Assembly: GCA_036630325.1 (NCBI GenBank)
Contig: CP142727.1
Coordinates: forward strand, 1,178,001 to 1,242,000
Length of the DNA stretch: 64,000 nt
Direction: 5' to 3'
Origin: Vairimorpha necatrix
Lineage: Eukaryota
In this document: positions 46,715-57,026 of the stretch, one piece after another
Layout: each line of letters begins with the position of its first letter
How positions within the stretch are numbered: the stretch's first letter is position 1
Notes under the pieces: generated by a model
The model's database searches: none
What the model was told of the DNA's origin: nothing
The model's input: only the letters and a program-made list of their open reading frames with translations
Program-made: the position numbers and the translations under genes

Positions 46715-48429
46715 AATATTTAATTTTACTAAATTGTCGTATTCTACATTAATTGCATACATCTTATATTGTTTTTGCACTTAAAAACGATTTAACTTCA
46801 TGATTGTGATTACGTATTTAAATCATCAACATACAATAGTTTTATAATTTTTTCAAAAGTATATAGTGTATGATCTTATTAGGTGACGGGCAGATTAGCA
46901 TTTTAAACATCTCGATTGTATATTAAACCATAATTTGAAGATCAAGGCAATGAATCAGAGGACAAAAAATTTTTGTATAAGCACAATATCGATATGATAA
47001 TAACATAATTTGTCAATTTTTAGCTTGTGTACAAAGTTAAAAAAATCTTTTGTATACATATAAATTTATTTTTAGAGTAATAAATTATGGCATTTGCATT
47101 CTTTTTATAATGTTTATGGCTCTACTATGAAACAAGTGCATCTCTTTTTGATATATTGAACATAAATCTATAGGTGTTGATGAAAAAAATTTTATTTAAA
47201 GAAAGTATAATTCAGAACTAAAAAATATATGAAAACGCTGATGTGAATAAAATATGAAAATAAAACTGTTCTTTTTTGATACAAAATGCATGATAAAGAA
47301 TAATATTAGATTCGTATTGTAAAACATATCAATTAGGATTTTTATACCTTAGAATTAAATACAAAAAAATACTTCTATTATTATAAAAATATTTTTTATA
47401 TATAAAAAATTTCAAAAGCAATTTTTCTAGATGTAAAACATCAAGTACAATTCATCAATGTTTGATATTTTATATGCTTATGATTTTACTACAACAAGTT
47501 TGAGATAACGAAATGTGTAAGGTATTTATTTTTTATTAATTATACTCTAAAAATAGTTGATGTAAATTTTAGATCATGTAGGCATTATGATTTTTATTTT
47601 GATATAGATTTTTAACGTTGACTGCCTTGTCAGCCATATATGAAAGACTTTTTTTTCTTATAAGCCAGTGTCTCCTATTTTTAAATTTATTTTTTGTTCT
47701 TGTCCTTTATTAATTATATGTAACTAATAGCGCAATGTAATGATTAATTTTATACCGAAAGGAGGTTAGATTTGACGGTCCCGTTGAAAAAAAGCTATTA
47801 AAAGAAATTTAATTTAGTTTGTTGTGGTCAACATGCTTATTTGTTATATAAAATAAAATATAGATTTCTTTTGGCTAACGTACACTAACAGACGATGCGT
47901 CTCATTGAAATTTGCGAATGTTTCAAAAGTTAAATTTTTTATTTGATTATTTATATTTACCTGCATGCTCCTACTATAGAGGTCTTTTCTTTTTATGATT
48001 TTTGTTTTTGAACAAAAAACATTTTGTGTCCGAAAGGACATCGACTGGAAATGAGTCTAGTGTCTCATTACATAAATTTATTGTGATCATTAAATTAGTA
48101 AAATGCTAATGTGATGATATTGCTTGTAAAAATTTGTTCACCTTGGTTTATTGAAAAGTCTGTGACGCTGGCTTTGACGCAAGCTTTGCAAAAATGACTT
48201 TACCATATGACGTGTTAATGTGATTAGTAAAATAAAGATATAAAAAATGCCAAAATTTACAACGGCGTGTCAGGGAAATATATATCAAGTTTTTGTTTTT
48301 ACAAACCCTCTCTATTAACCACCTATAATAAAAAACATTAATCAATGATTTATTAAAAATAGATTTTGTAACAATAAAACTATCAATATAAAACAATATA
48401 TATTCTATAGTGTAAATTTCAACCCATAT

Positions 48430-48760
48430 GAATCAAAATAGAAAATAAACTCTAATACAACTTGCTTGCAAATTATGTGGCTTCTCTTTTATAAATACAG
48501 GCAAATTATTCCTATAAAATGACTTGGAATGGAATAGTAACTAATTTTTTCGCACGAAATGAAAGAGCTTCGTCTAGACTCAGAACGGAAGCATATATAC
48601 AGTCAAGAGTCCTTAAAATCACTTTAGAAAGCTCTTCTATGTCAATCAGAAATGGGCTTGATACTTATCAGGAAGGGAGGTTGAAAGCTCAATATATGGA
48701 TTCCAGAAGGAGCTCCGGGAACTGTCAGAATAGAAGATAAGTTATCTTAAAAATTAATTA
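48430..48760 (+). mobile_element. 3' remnant of a REL-type (restriction-like endonuclease) non-LTR retrotransposon
   Basis: YNLLAN...IIP..MTWNGIVT...TEAYIQSRVLKITLES matches the KYDLLANE...IIPYVMTWDGIVT...IEAYIQSIVLKKTLES C-terminus I recall from microsporidian non-LTR elements. Confidence 0.7.
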
Positions 48761-48994
48761 GTAAGTAAGTTTTTTATCGTATAAATTATAAAGCCAATGT
48801 GTTCATTGAATAAAACAGAGTTACTGCTTCATTTAAGTGTATTTAATTTATTTTTAGTACGAAATAAGAACAAAAAATGCAAAGAAAGATCATGTCTGTT
48901 AAAAGGGCCACTTGGAACATCTATAGCCTATAAATATTCTTTAAATTAAAACCACCCTTTTTGGAAAGTAAAAACGACAAAAAAGAAAAAAATT

Positions 48995-49757
48995 GGTATA
49001 TGACCGTTTACAATTCGCTTTGGAAAAATGAACCCACTTTGAAAATTTTAAAAAAGGGAAAAATAAAAAAATAATGTTAAAAAAGACTTGGCAATTTTTT
49101 TTAAAAAATATAGATGATGATTTATAGGTTGATTCTTGAGTATTTGATAAAACTAGAGGAACAGTAAAAGGTACTGTGGTATCCTCACTGGGGAAGTATG
49201 TATATGTTCTTATTTTTTATCTTCTTTCCATTACTCCGTACCCCTCTCCGGATAAAATGACTAAATAAATGTTGGAGGGAAAGATTTTGGAATTTTATTT
49301 TATGATATTTGGTATATCATAGGTACTCTTTGTGTTGTCCTGGTTTATTCCATGTCTAGACCCCATATTTTCTTGATCAAAAACGAAAACTCTCAATTTG
49401 TATGGTATTGTGGCTCAGGAATCGTTAAAGTTCAGGAAATCGATGACGTGATTTAAAAACTGTGTTCCATCCCAGTGATTCGTTTAATTCGGCATCATAT
49501 TCTACCATTAGTAATGATCACAATAGAACCGATGATCCATATTGTATACTTCACAAGAAGAATAGCCGCATTTCTACTAGACATAAGACAAGTAAGGCAC
49601 ACGCTGGTTATGCATTATTCAATTTTTTAAAATGAATTTAAATTATTTCCATGTTCAAAAACACTCTATATTAACTAATTTTGTTCTTACCAATTTTGAC
49701 ATTTTTTTATAGGGGTCTTTTCGAATTTTAAAAGCGGGTTCCAAACGGTCATGTAAC
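48995..49757 (-). mobile_element. Internally deleted Merlin-like element of a different subfamily
   Basis: 15-bp TIRs GGTATATGACCGTTT / AAACGGTCATGTAAC (13/15 match). A-rich 8-bp flanks AAAAAATT / AAAAAATA. Frameshifted fragments GSIVI(T)NG, NH..DF and HTN.IES occur on the minus strand. Confidence 0.5.
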
Positions 49758-49789
49758 AAAAAATAAAATATTGGGAAATAACACGCCTT

Positions 49790-50500
49790 TATAAATACTT
49801 CTTAATATAATCTAATTAATTAACCAGCGTTTATTGTTCTCGTTCGTGCCTTGTTAACGTCTTATTTTTTTACTACACTCTAATTTCCTTCAATAGTGTT
49901 AGTATGCCAGCTATTGGAATTGTTTACAATTTTTTTGTGGAATAAAAACAGTTTTACGTACAGAAAAATACTCTCTTGACTAGTGGAATACTTAAAGCAC
50001 TATATGTGTATTATTGATCTACACTGAATTTTATTTTTAACTAGTTCTTTTGAAGTGTAAGCTTTTTACCTATCGACTGGAATCATTATTGTCTTTCTTT
50101 AAGCAACTATTTAACTATACCAACCCTCAGACACCATCGAGACGGAGTCCTTGTAGTATTTAACTTTACCAAATTTCCTTTCAACTATTTCTACTATTAT
50201 TCTGGTTCCTTTTATAAAGCAGTAAAAATTTTAAACTTTATTTAAGTAGAAATTGTTTTTTTATACATTATATGTCTTCCATATTTATAGTTAATACTCA
50301 GGAATTCACTTATGGCGTTCTGTTTAACTTTACAAGACTATAGTTTTTTACTAACAAAATATCTAAATCTTTTTTTTGCAATAAAATGGAGTGCTTTGGT
50401 TATTACACTGGTTCTACAAGCTATATAAATCTATATAGACGCAAATTTGTTTTTAGTAGTTGTGTTACAATCATCGTCACGTTTTGGATACTTTACAGCA
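49790..50500 (-). mobile_element. Degraded Merlin/ISXO2 transposase remnant
   Basis: Minus-strand fragments IIVEIVERKFGKVKYYK, RLDGV* and HTNTIEGN*SVVK appear in the expected order. Boundaries are approximate. Confidence 0.7.
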
Positions 50501-51309
50501 TTATTTTCATTGCTGTTGTAAGAATGTTCATGAGCTAATCCTTCGACTTTTCATTTTGAGGGCAAAAATGATTAATTTGCTTTAATACCATTTTTTGATC
50601 CAGTGGCCCAAAGCGCCGGTTATTTCTACTATGTACAAAAGGACAACCTCATCAACTTAAAAACAGGAATTAAGAAAAAACTAAATCTGTCTTTAAATTT
50701 AAGAATAAATGCATGGAAAATAGCTGATGCTTGAAGGCAAAACGGAAATTAAATTTCATTATTTTTGTCTAATTGATAATACAAAATAAAAGGTATCCTC
50801 ATGCGTTAACTTAGAATTTTTTTAAAAAATTGCATTGCAAACACTAAGAGCTTTTATTAGAAGCCCGAAAAGTAATATATATAAGGAGAAGCATGTTTAT
50901 GTTTATAAAAAACTTGAGTGTCAAGCATATCTTGAGATAATACTCAAGAAGCAGATCTAATCGATAACCGAATAGATGGGAAAAATAATTTTTAATTTTA
51001 ATGTCAAAAAGAGCGTATTCTGTTAAAAGTCAATCTAATGCAAGTTAATGCTCGTATAATATTGTTTCCGTCTACAACATCGTTTTTGTTGAGATATTTC
51101 ACGCAATGTCTCAAAAATACTATAAGAGACGCTAACAACAAAATAGCTGTTAAAAAAGCGTCTGATACTATTTAAACTTCTATAAATGAAATAATAATTG
51201 ACTTACCTATCCGGCTAGTCAAAGAAATATTTAAACTAGTGCTTTTTGAATTTATCGCTTCCTTTAAAATAAAATTCTTTTTCGATATTAATAAAGGAGT
51301 TGTTTAAAT

Positions 51310-51900
51310 GTTAATTAATATGGAATTATGGATCCTCTGGCAGAGAAGTGTGATCAAATGTTATGTCTTGATTAATATTAAAACACAACGAGATAATCTT
51401 GTATTCTTATCTTATTGTGTATCAAATATGATTATAAAATGAAACTCAAATGAAAAGATCATGGGAAGTTAATTAAATAAAAAGATTGAGCACGAGAATA
51501 TCTGCAAATACCCTTATATAGCATAATAAGCCAGAAATTTCTTGTGTTTGACATAAAAAACTGTTTCTTTTATCAAGGAAGAAATTCAACTAGAGCGCTT
51601 ACTCTGCAAAATGCAAACCTTGTTATTAATTTTTTTTAAAAACGAACTGATATAATACATGAAAATAAACAAGAATGGCATTAAATGCGAGGCTATGCAA
51701 TGAAGCTCATTTTATTAACAAAAAAGCACACCGAAAAGCTAAAAATTCTATTTAGATACATCCAGTGTATTATGACTAAGAAGATGCAAGGGTGTTTTGG
51801 AAACAAAATGAGAATACGACTAGAAAGCCGACGAAGGAGAATTTGTGGCCATGGTTGTACTGATCCAGCAGGAGAGGAGCAGCTGAAGAATTTGTTATTT
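51310..51900 (+). mobile_element. Degraded 3' part of a REL-type non-LTR retrotransposon
   Basis: Fragments DPLAEKCDQMLCLD...HNEI (compare DHLATRCDRML..DYTRRHNEV), HNKPEI (compare HNRPDI) and YIQCIMTKK appear in the correct order. Confidence 0.55.
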
Positions 51901-52453
51901 CACGTTAATGTTTATTATTATTGGAGTTTGCAGGCATATATACCTCCAAATAAACAATGTTTTATATGATATAATAACAATTTTGTTGCAATAATATAAA
52001 TAATCATTGCTCAGTTTTTAAAATTATTTTTACGCTTTTTCTTCACAAATTATTGTTTTTTATGACTTTGTTAGATCTTTATATTGTTACATATCAATTA
52101 CTTGTTTTCAAAGACCAGCTCTAAAAATAATAAGGTTTGAGCTTTAACTCTGGAATCCTAAAATGAAAGTTTTACGACAGAAAGAATATAAAACACATTT
52201 CTCAAGTCTTTATTAGAAAAATAGCCGAAAGTCGTTAAATTTTTTATAAGATTAACTTTAAAATTATTAATTAAAAACGAATTTCTGATATTAATCGAAT
52301 GTTCCAAAGAAACTTAAATTACCAGTACTATATGTAAACATTTCAAGTCCAATAAATAATTAATGAATTATATTGACATGTCAAAATTCAAATTTCGTTC
52401 TAATATTTCTAAGAACTCCAAATATTAAAATTTCTTGAAAAAAGAAACCCTTA

Positions 52454-53586
52454 ATGATTAGACTTCTATTGTTTCTTTGCATTGTAATATCTTCACATAT
52501 GGAAATAAATGTATTTATTGATTCTGTGTATCGTGTACAATTCAATGACAGTATTCCTCAATACCGTAAACATTTTATGGTACCAAACACGGCAATATTT
52601 AGAAATTTGACAAATACAAAAGGGCAAGCTTTAGTTTTTCAAAATTTCGATCAATTTATAGAAAAAAGAGTTTTTTTTTTAAAAAATTCAATCTGCACAA
52701 TTTTAATACGATTAAAGAAGAAATAATATCTCAGAATGTTGGTAAATCTAATGTGTTTAATTATTTATTGCCCCAAACCGATATTATCTTTATGACAAGT
52801 CAGATGATACATCTTAGATCATATAAAAATGACAACTCGGTTTTTTTCGATAATTTTTTCAAGTCATTTTATCAAAAAATTTTCAATGAAAAATTAAAAT
52901 ATATAAATTTGTGTTGTAAGATATTTGTAGCTTACGAATTCCCTGCAAATCTTCAAAATTTTTTAGAAAATGGCGATTTTGTTTATTTATTCTTTTTTGA
53001 TAGACATAAGACATTAAAAAGTCTAATGCTTGATATGATTTACACTTTATCTTCTCCTGAGTATACAAATGCCGAATACATAATGGGTTTTTTAAAAAAG
53101 ATCTTAGAAATTCATTTAAAATCGGGCGTTTTATTTCGATTAGTAAATTATACAAGAGAACGTAATATATTCGATGAGAAGCTATTATTATATTACATGG
53201 TCACAGATTTGAATAATATTTTTACTGTAAGCCAAAATCCAAATGAAAAATTTTTAATAACAGAATTTAATAATAAAACCGAGGATGTTTTTGGTATTTC
53301 GATGACAGAGCTAATATTAGAAATAAGAGGACTACATACTATTAATTTGTATAATATTTATATAAATGATGATAACAATAATATTATCTATTTTACAGAA
53401 TACGGAATGAATAAAAATTTTTTACACATTTATTTGAATGACACAGATTTGATAAACAATGACAGCAAATATTTGAATATACGAATAGAGGGCGGCGATT
53501 ATTCTTTTAAGAAAAACAAGATTTGTCTAAAACATTTAAAAAATTTTAAAATTAACAGCACAAATGGGTTATCAAATAAAATGTAA
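52454..53586 (+). CDS. Secreted hypothetical protein (~377 aa) split by a 1-nt frameshift at a T10/A6 run (52671-52686)
   Basis: AACCCTTA-ATG start and signal peptide MIRLLLFLCIVISS. The -1 frame is open from the T run (FFKKFNLHNFNTIKEEIISQNVGKSNVFNYLLP) into ORF 52753-53586. Confidence 0.7.
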
Positions 53587-53942
53587 TTAATTTATAAACT
53601 CACGCAATTAGATGAAGAAATTATAAATTTAAAAAAAATCAGCGTCATTTTTAATAGGTCAAATACTTTGAGCGTCAAAATAATGTAATTAATTTATAAA
53701 ATAACGTCATTGTATGATATAATTATTAATTTAATAAAAAAAAAACAAAATCTCAATAAATTTTTAATGCGTCAAATTCAAATGGATTTCAAAACAAATG
53801 AATTAATAAAATGACGTAATTATGTGAAAAAATTATAAGTTTGTTATTGAAATAAAGTTTTTGCATTTTTAATACATGTAAATTAAATTTAGATGATTAG
53901 GTATTAATTTAGAATCAATTTTTTATAAAAAATTTTATTTTC

Positions 53943-54551
53943 TTAAACTAATTTATTTTTTAAAAAAATCTCGAAATTTTCTACTGAATTTTTAATATCC
54001 CCACTATTATCTAATATAAGATCAAATTTAATTTCATTTTTCATTTTTTCAAATATTTCATATTTCTTTATTCTTTTATTTATATCTACAAGATCAGATC
54101 CTCTTTTCAATAATCTTTCTTTCATAATTTCTTTATCAATATCAATATAAATAAAAAGACATTTATCTTTAATATTATTAAAATATTTTACTCCTTCATA
54201 TTCAACATCAAATATCATAATTCTATCTTCTAGTTTTGGTGTACCATAATAATTATTATTAAACATTGTAAATTCTTCTAATTTATTTTTACAAATTAAT
54301 TCTTTGAATTCATTAACAGAGATAAAATGATAGTCTACACCATCAACTTCTTTAGATCTTTTATTCCGGGTTGTGTATGACACACTAAAAGGAATATTCA
54401 AGTTTGAAGATATTTGATGGATGATGGTGGATTTACCAGAACCACTTGGGCCAGTAATGACGATATGCATGATGGAGGGCACCACTTTGTTTGTTTTAAC
54501 AAACAAAATCATAAAGTTAAGAATAAAAACGAATTGTTGGATTGAAAACAT
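53943..54551 (-). CDS. GUK1: Guanylate kinase; catalytic part starts at Met 54470, with an optional 27-aa hydrophobic extension from 54551
   Basis: IVITGPSGSGKST P-loop, SVSYTTRNKRSKEVDGVDYHFIS, NYYGTP, FDVEYEG and RLLKRG. Confidence 0.95.
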   Translation of the reverse strand: MFSIQQFVFILNFMILFVKTNKVVPSIMHIVITGPSGSGKSTIIHQISSNLNIPFSVSYTTRNKRSKEVDGVDYHFISVNEFKELICKNKLEEFTMFNNNYYGTPKLEDRIMIFDVEYEGVKYFNNIKDKCLFIYIDIDKEIMKERLLKRGSDLVDINKRIKKYEIFEKMKNEIKFDLILDNSGDIKNSVENFEIFLKNKLV

Positions 54552-54699
54552 GGGTAATTATTTAAGAAATATTTATAAAAGTAACTTATCAATATATTAT
54601 AATATATCACGATATTTTTGACACATACCGTACTCCTTCATTTTATTCGTTTTTTTATCGCATGGAATTTATAAAAATTTGCGTTCAATTTAATTTAAT

Positions 54700-55145
54700 A
54701 AGATTATGCAAAAAACTGTTTGATCAGTATTTTTGTTCATATTTGCATTTAAATTGTTTTAACAAACAAATTTGAAAAATTATGCAAAAATCTACATATA
54801 TAGTATTTTTGTTCATATTTACATTTTGTCGTTTTAACAAACAAATTTATAAAATTATGCAAAAATCATAAGGTAATAGTATTTTTGTTCATATTTACAT
54901 GTTGTCGTTTTAACAAACAAATTTAAAGAATTTTAAGGTAATAGTCTTTTTGTTCAATATTTACATGTTGTCGTTTAAGCAAACAAATTTCTAAAATTAT
55001 GTAAAAATCTACTAATATAGTATTTTTAAGCCATTTTGTTTGTTTTACAAATTCATACAAAACTCTTAAAACAAGATTTTTGTTCCATATTTACATTTTG
55101 TTTGTTTTAACAAACAAATTCCAGAAAATTCATGCAAAAAACTAT
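54700..55145. repeat. Degenerate tandem repeat, ~76-bp unit, ~6 copies, in the divergent GUK1 / HECT intergenic region
   Basis: Units start AGTATTTTTGTTCATATTT(A/G)CAT...GTTTTAACAAACAAATTT...AAATTATGCAAAAA at ~54726, 54802, 54878, 54943, 55019 and 55074. Confidence 0.9.
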
Positions 55146-55243
55146 TTAATAAGTTTTTTCTGCATAAATTTTTAATTCGATGATCATGAAACCAAATATT
55201 TCATATTTTTAAAAATCTTGTATTTGACCTTACCCTCCTTTCA

Positions 55244-56932
55244 ATGAAGTTGATATTTTCCCGAATCCAATTAAAACAAAAAGGCTGGTTTTCCTGGTTA
55301 TTTAACAAACATTTCAAATTGAAAATCAATAATAAGTCTTTCAAGTTGAAAACAGGAAATATGTTTCTTTTTTATATAATAGATATTCCTTCATTTGATG
55401 TTAATATTAAGATAGATTTAGATAATATTTTGTATGATTATAGTAAGACTGTTCATTTAGGTCATAGTTTTATAGAAGTAGATAATAGTTGTTTTAAAGG
55501 GTTTTTATATTTTAATATTGTTCATGGGAATTTGATGACACATTTAGAAAATGAATTTTCTAAATTGAATGTTAAAGCTTTAAGTCGTAATTTACATAAT
55601 TGTACAGATATTTACACAGTAAGAGAAAGTTATGAAGATTTTAAATATTATGTTAATAAGGAGAATTATACAACTTCTTTAAGTAAATCTTTATCTAATG
55701 CTGTCTTACCTACAGGATGGGATACTACAGTTTTTAAGAATAAGATTTTGTATATAAATAATAATTTGAGGTTGTGTTATTGGAAATCTCCTGGATTTTT
55801 TTATAATGCGCTTAGAGATAAAATTGATCATTTTGAGAATATTTTGTTAAATTTGAATTATATTTCATTTAGAAATTTGATACCTTTAAAATTAGATGTA
55901 AAAAGAGATCACATTTTAGATTCTACAGCTTTTTATATTTTACAGAATCAAGATAAATTAAGGACAAAGAAGATTTATGTTTCTTTTGTAGATGAAATGG
56001 GACAAGATTATGGAGCTCTTTTAAGGGAGTTTATTTATGAGACAAGTTTAGAAATATTAAATGATAGAAGATTGAAATTTACAGAAGATTTTTTAGATGT
56101 GAATCCTGAAAATGATTGTAAAGAAGATTTGATAAAATTTACAGTTAAGGAAATTGGACTTAGACAAGTTTTCTTTGAAGATTTCCCTGAAGATTTAAAA
56201 GGGAAGAATAGATTGAATGATGAGTGTTTCTTTACTTATCTTGGGGTATTCCTTGCTTTCTTGATTATTAGTAATGAAAATATTGAATATTCATTTTCTT
56301 TATCTTTTTATGAGAATCTTCTTAAGAGGAATTTTAATTTGAGGCTTATTCAAGAAGTTCAATACCAGAAGTCTCTTTCATGGATGCTTAAAAATGAAGT
56401 CACAGGGGATCTCCTCCCAGGAGTCACTGATACAAATAAGGCAGAGTTGATATATTCGATTTATTATGATAAATTATTTCTACAGAAGAAGATCCCTTAT
56501 GAATATATTTATAAGGGATTTTATTCTGTCATACCCGAGGAATTTAGAGACATGTTTGAAAATGACGAGTTTTCTGTGCTTGTTAGCAATGAAAGGACTC
56601 TTGATATAAATAATCTTAAGGAATTTGTCCTTTACAATATGTGCGCCGAAGACACGGACGAAGTCCAGTGGCTCTGGGAAATATTAAAAACAAGAGATCA
56701 AGTTTTTATAAGGAAATTCTTAAAGTTCATTACTGGCTCAGGGAGTATTCCCATGCTCCTGAATCATTCCAGTTTCAGGATAGTCATAGAAATGACGAAT
56801 TCTAATGATATTTTATTTAGAGCCAGTGCTTGTTTAAATAAATTGTTTATAGGGAGATATAAAGACAAGAAGAGTATGGAGGACATATTAGATTTCAGTA
56901 TATTAAATACAGAAGGATTTCATAAAATATAA
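55244..56932 (+). CDS. WW-HECT E3 ubiquitin ligase (Rsp5/Nedd4-like), 562 aa
   Basis: WW-like LPTGWDTT...LYINNNLRLCYWKSP. HECT motifs FVDEMGQDYGALLREF, FLKFITGSGSIP, catalytic RASACLN and terminal NTEGF. ACCCTCCTTTCA-ATG start. Confidence 0.92.
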   Translation: MKLIFSRIQLKQKGWFSWLFNKHFKLKINNKSFKLKTGNMFLFYIIDIPSFDVNIKIDLDNILYDYSKTVHLGHSFIEVDNSCFKGFLYFNIVHGNLMTHLENEFSKLNVKALSRNLHNCTDIYTVRESYEDFKYYVNKENYTTSLSKSLSNAVLPTGWDTTVFKNKILYINNNLRLCYWKSPGFFYNALRDKIDHFENILLNLNYISFRNLIPLKLDVKRDHILDSTAFYILQNQDKLRTKKIYVSFVDEMGQDYGALLREFIYETSLEILNDRRLKFTEDFLDVNPENDCKEDLIKFTVKEIGLRQVFFEDFPEDLKGKNRLNDECFFTYLGVFLAFLIISNENIEYSFSLSFYENLLKRNFNLRLIQEVQYQKSLSWMLKNEVTGDLLPGVTDTNKAELIYSIYYDKLFLQKKIPYEYIYKGFYSVIPEEFRDMFENDEFSVLVSNERTLDINNLKEFVLYNMCAEDTDEVQWLWEILKTRDQVFIRKFLKFITGSGSIPMLLNHSSFRIVIEMTNSNDILFRASACLNKLFIGRYKDKKSMEDILDFSILNTEGFHKI

Positions 56933-57026
56933 AATTGTACAGAAAAAAAATAAACTTTAAATAATCTAATATACTTAGACAAGATATTTTATATATATAA
57001 AATTAGATATTTATATTGAAAGTTCT

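Noticed and set aside
47600-48400. Slightly GC-richer stretch with ETHRLLV, reminiscent of a mariner N-terminus
   Set aside because: No DD34D motifs or TIRs found; too weak to call.
54700-55145. Repeat with palindromic units and short variable gaps, considered as a CRISPR array
   Set aside because: Eukaryotic context, degenerate repeats, gaps of only 10-15 nt that are related to each other, and no cas genes.
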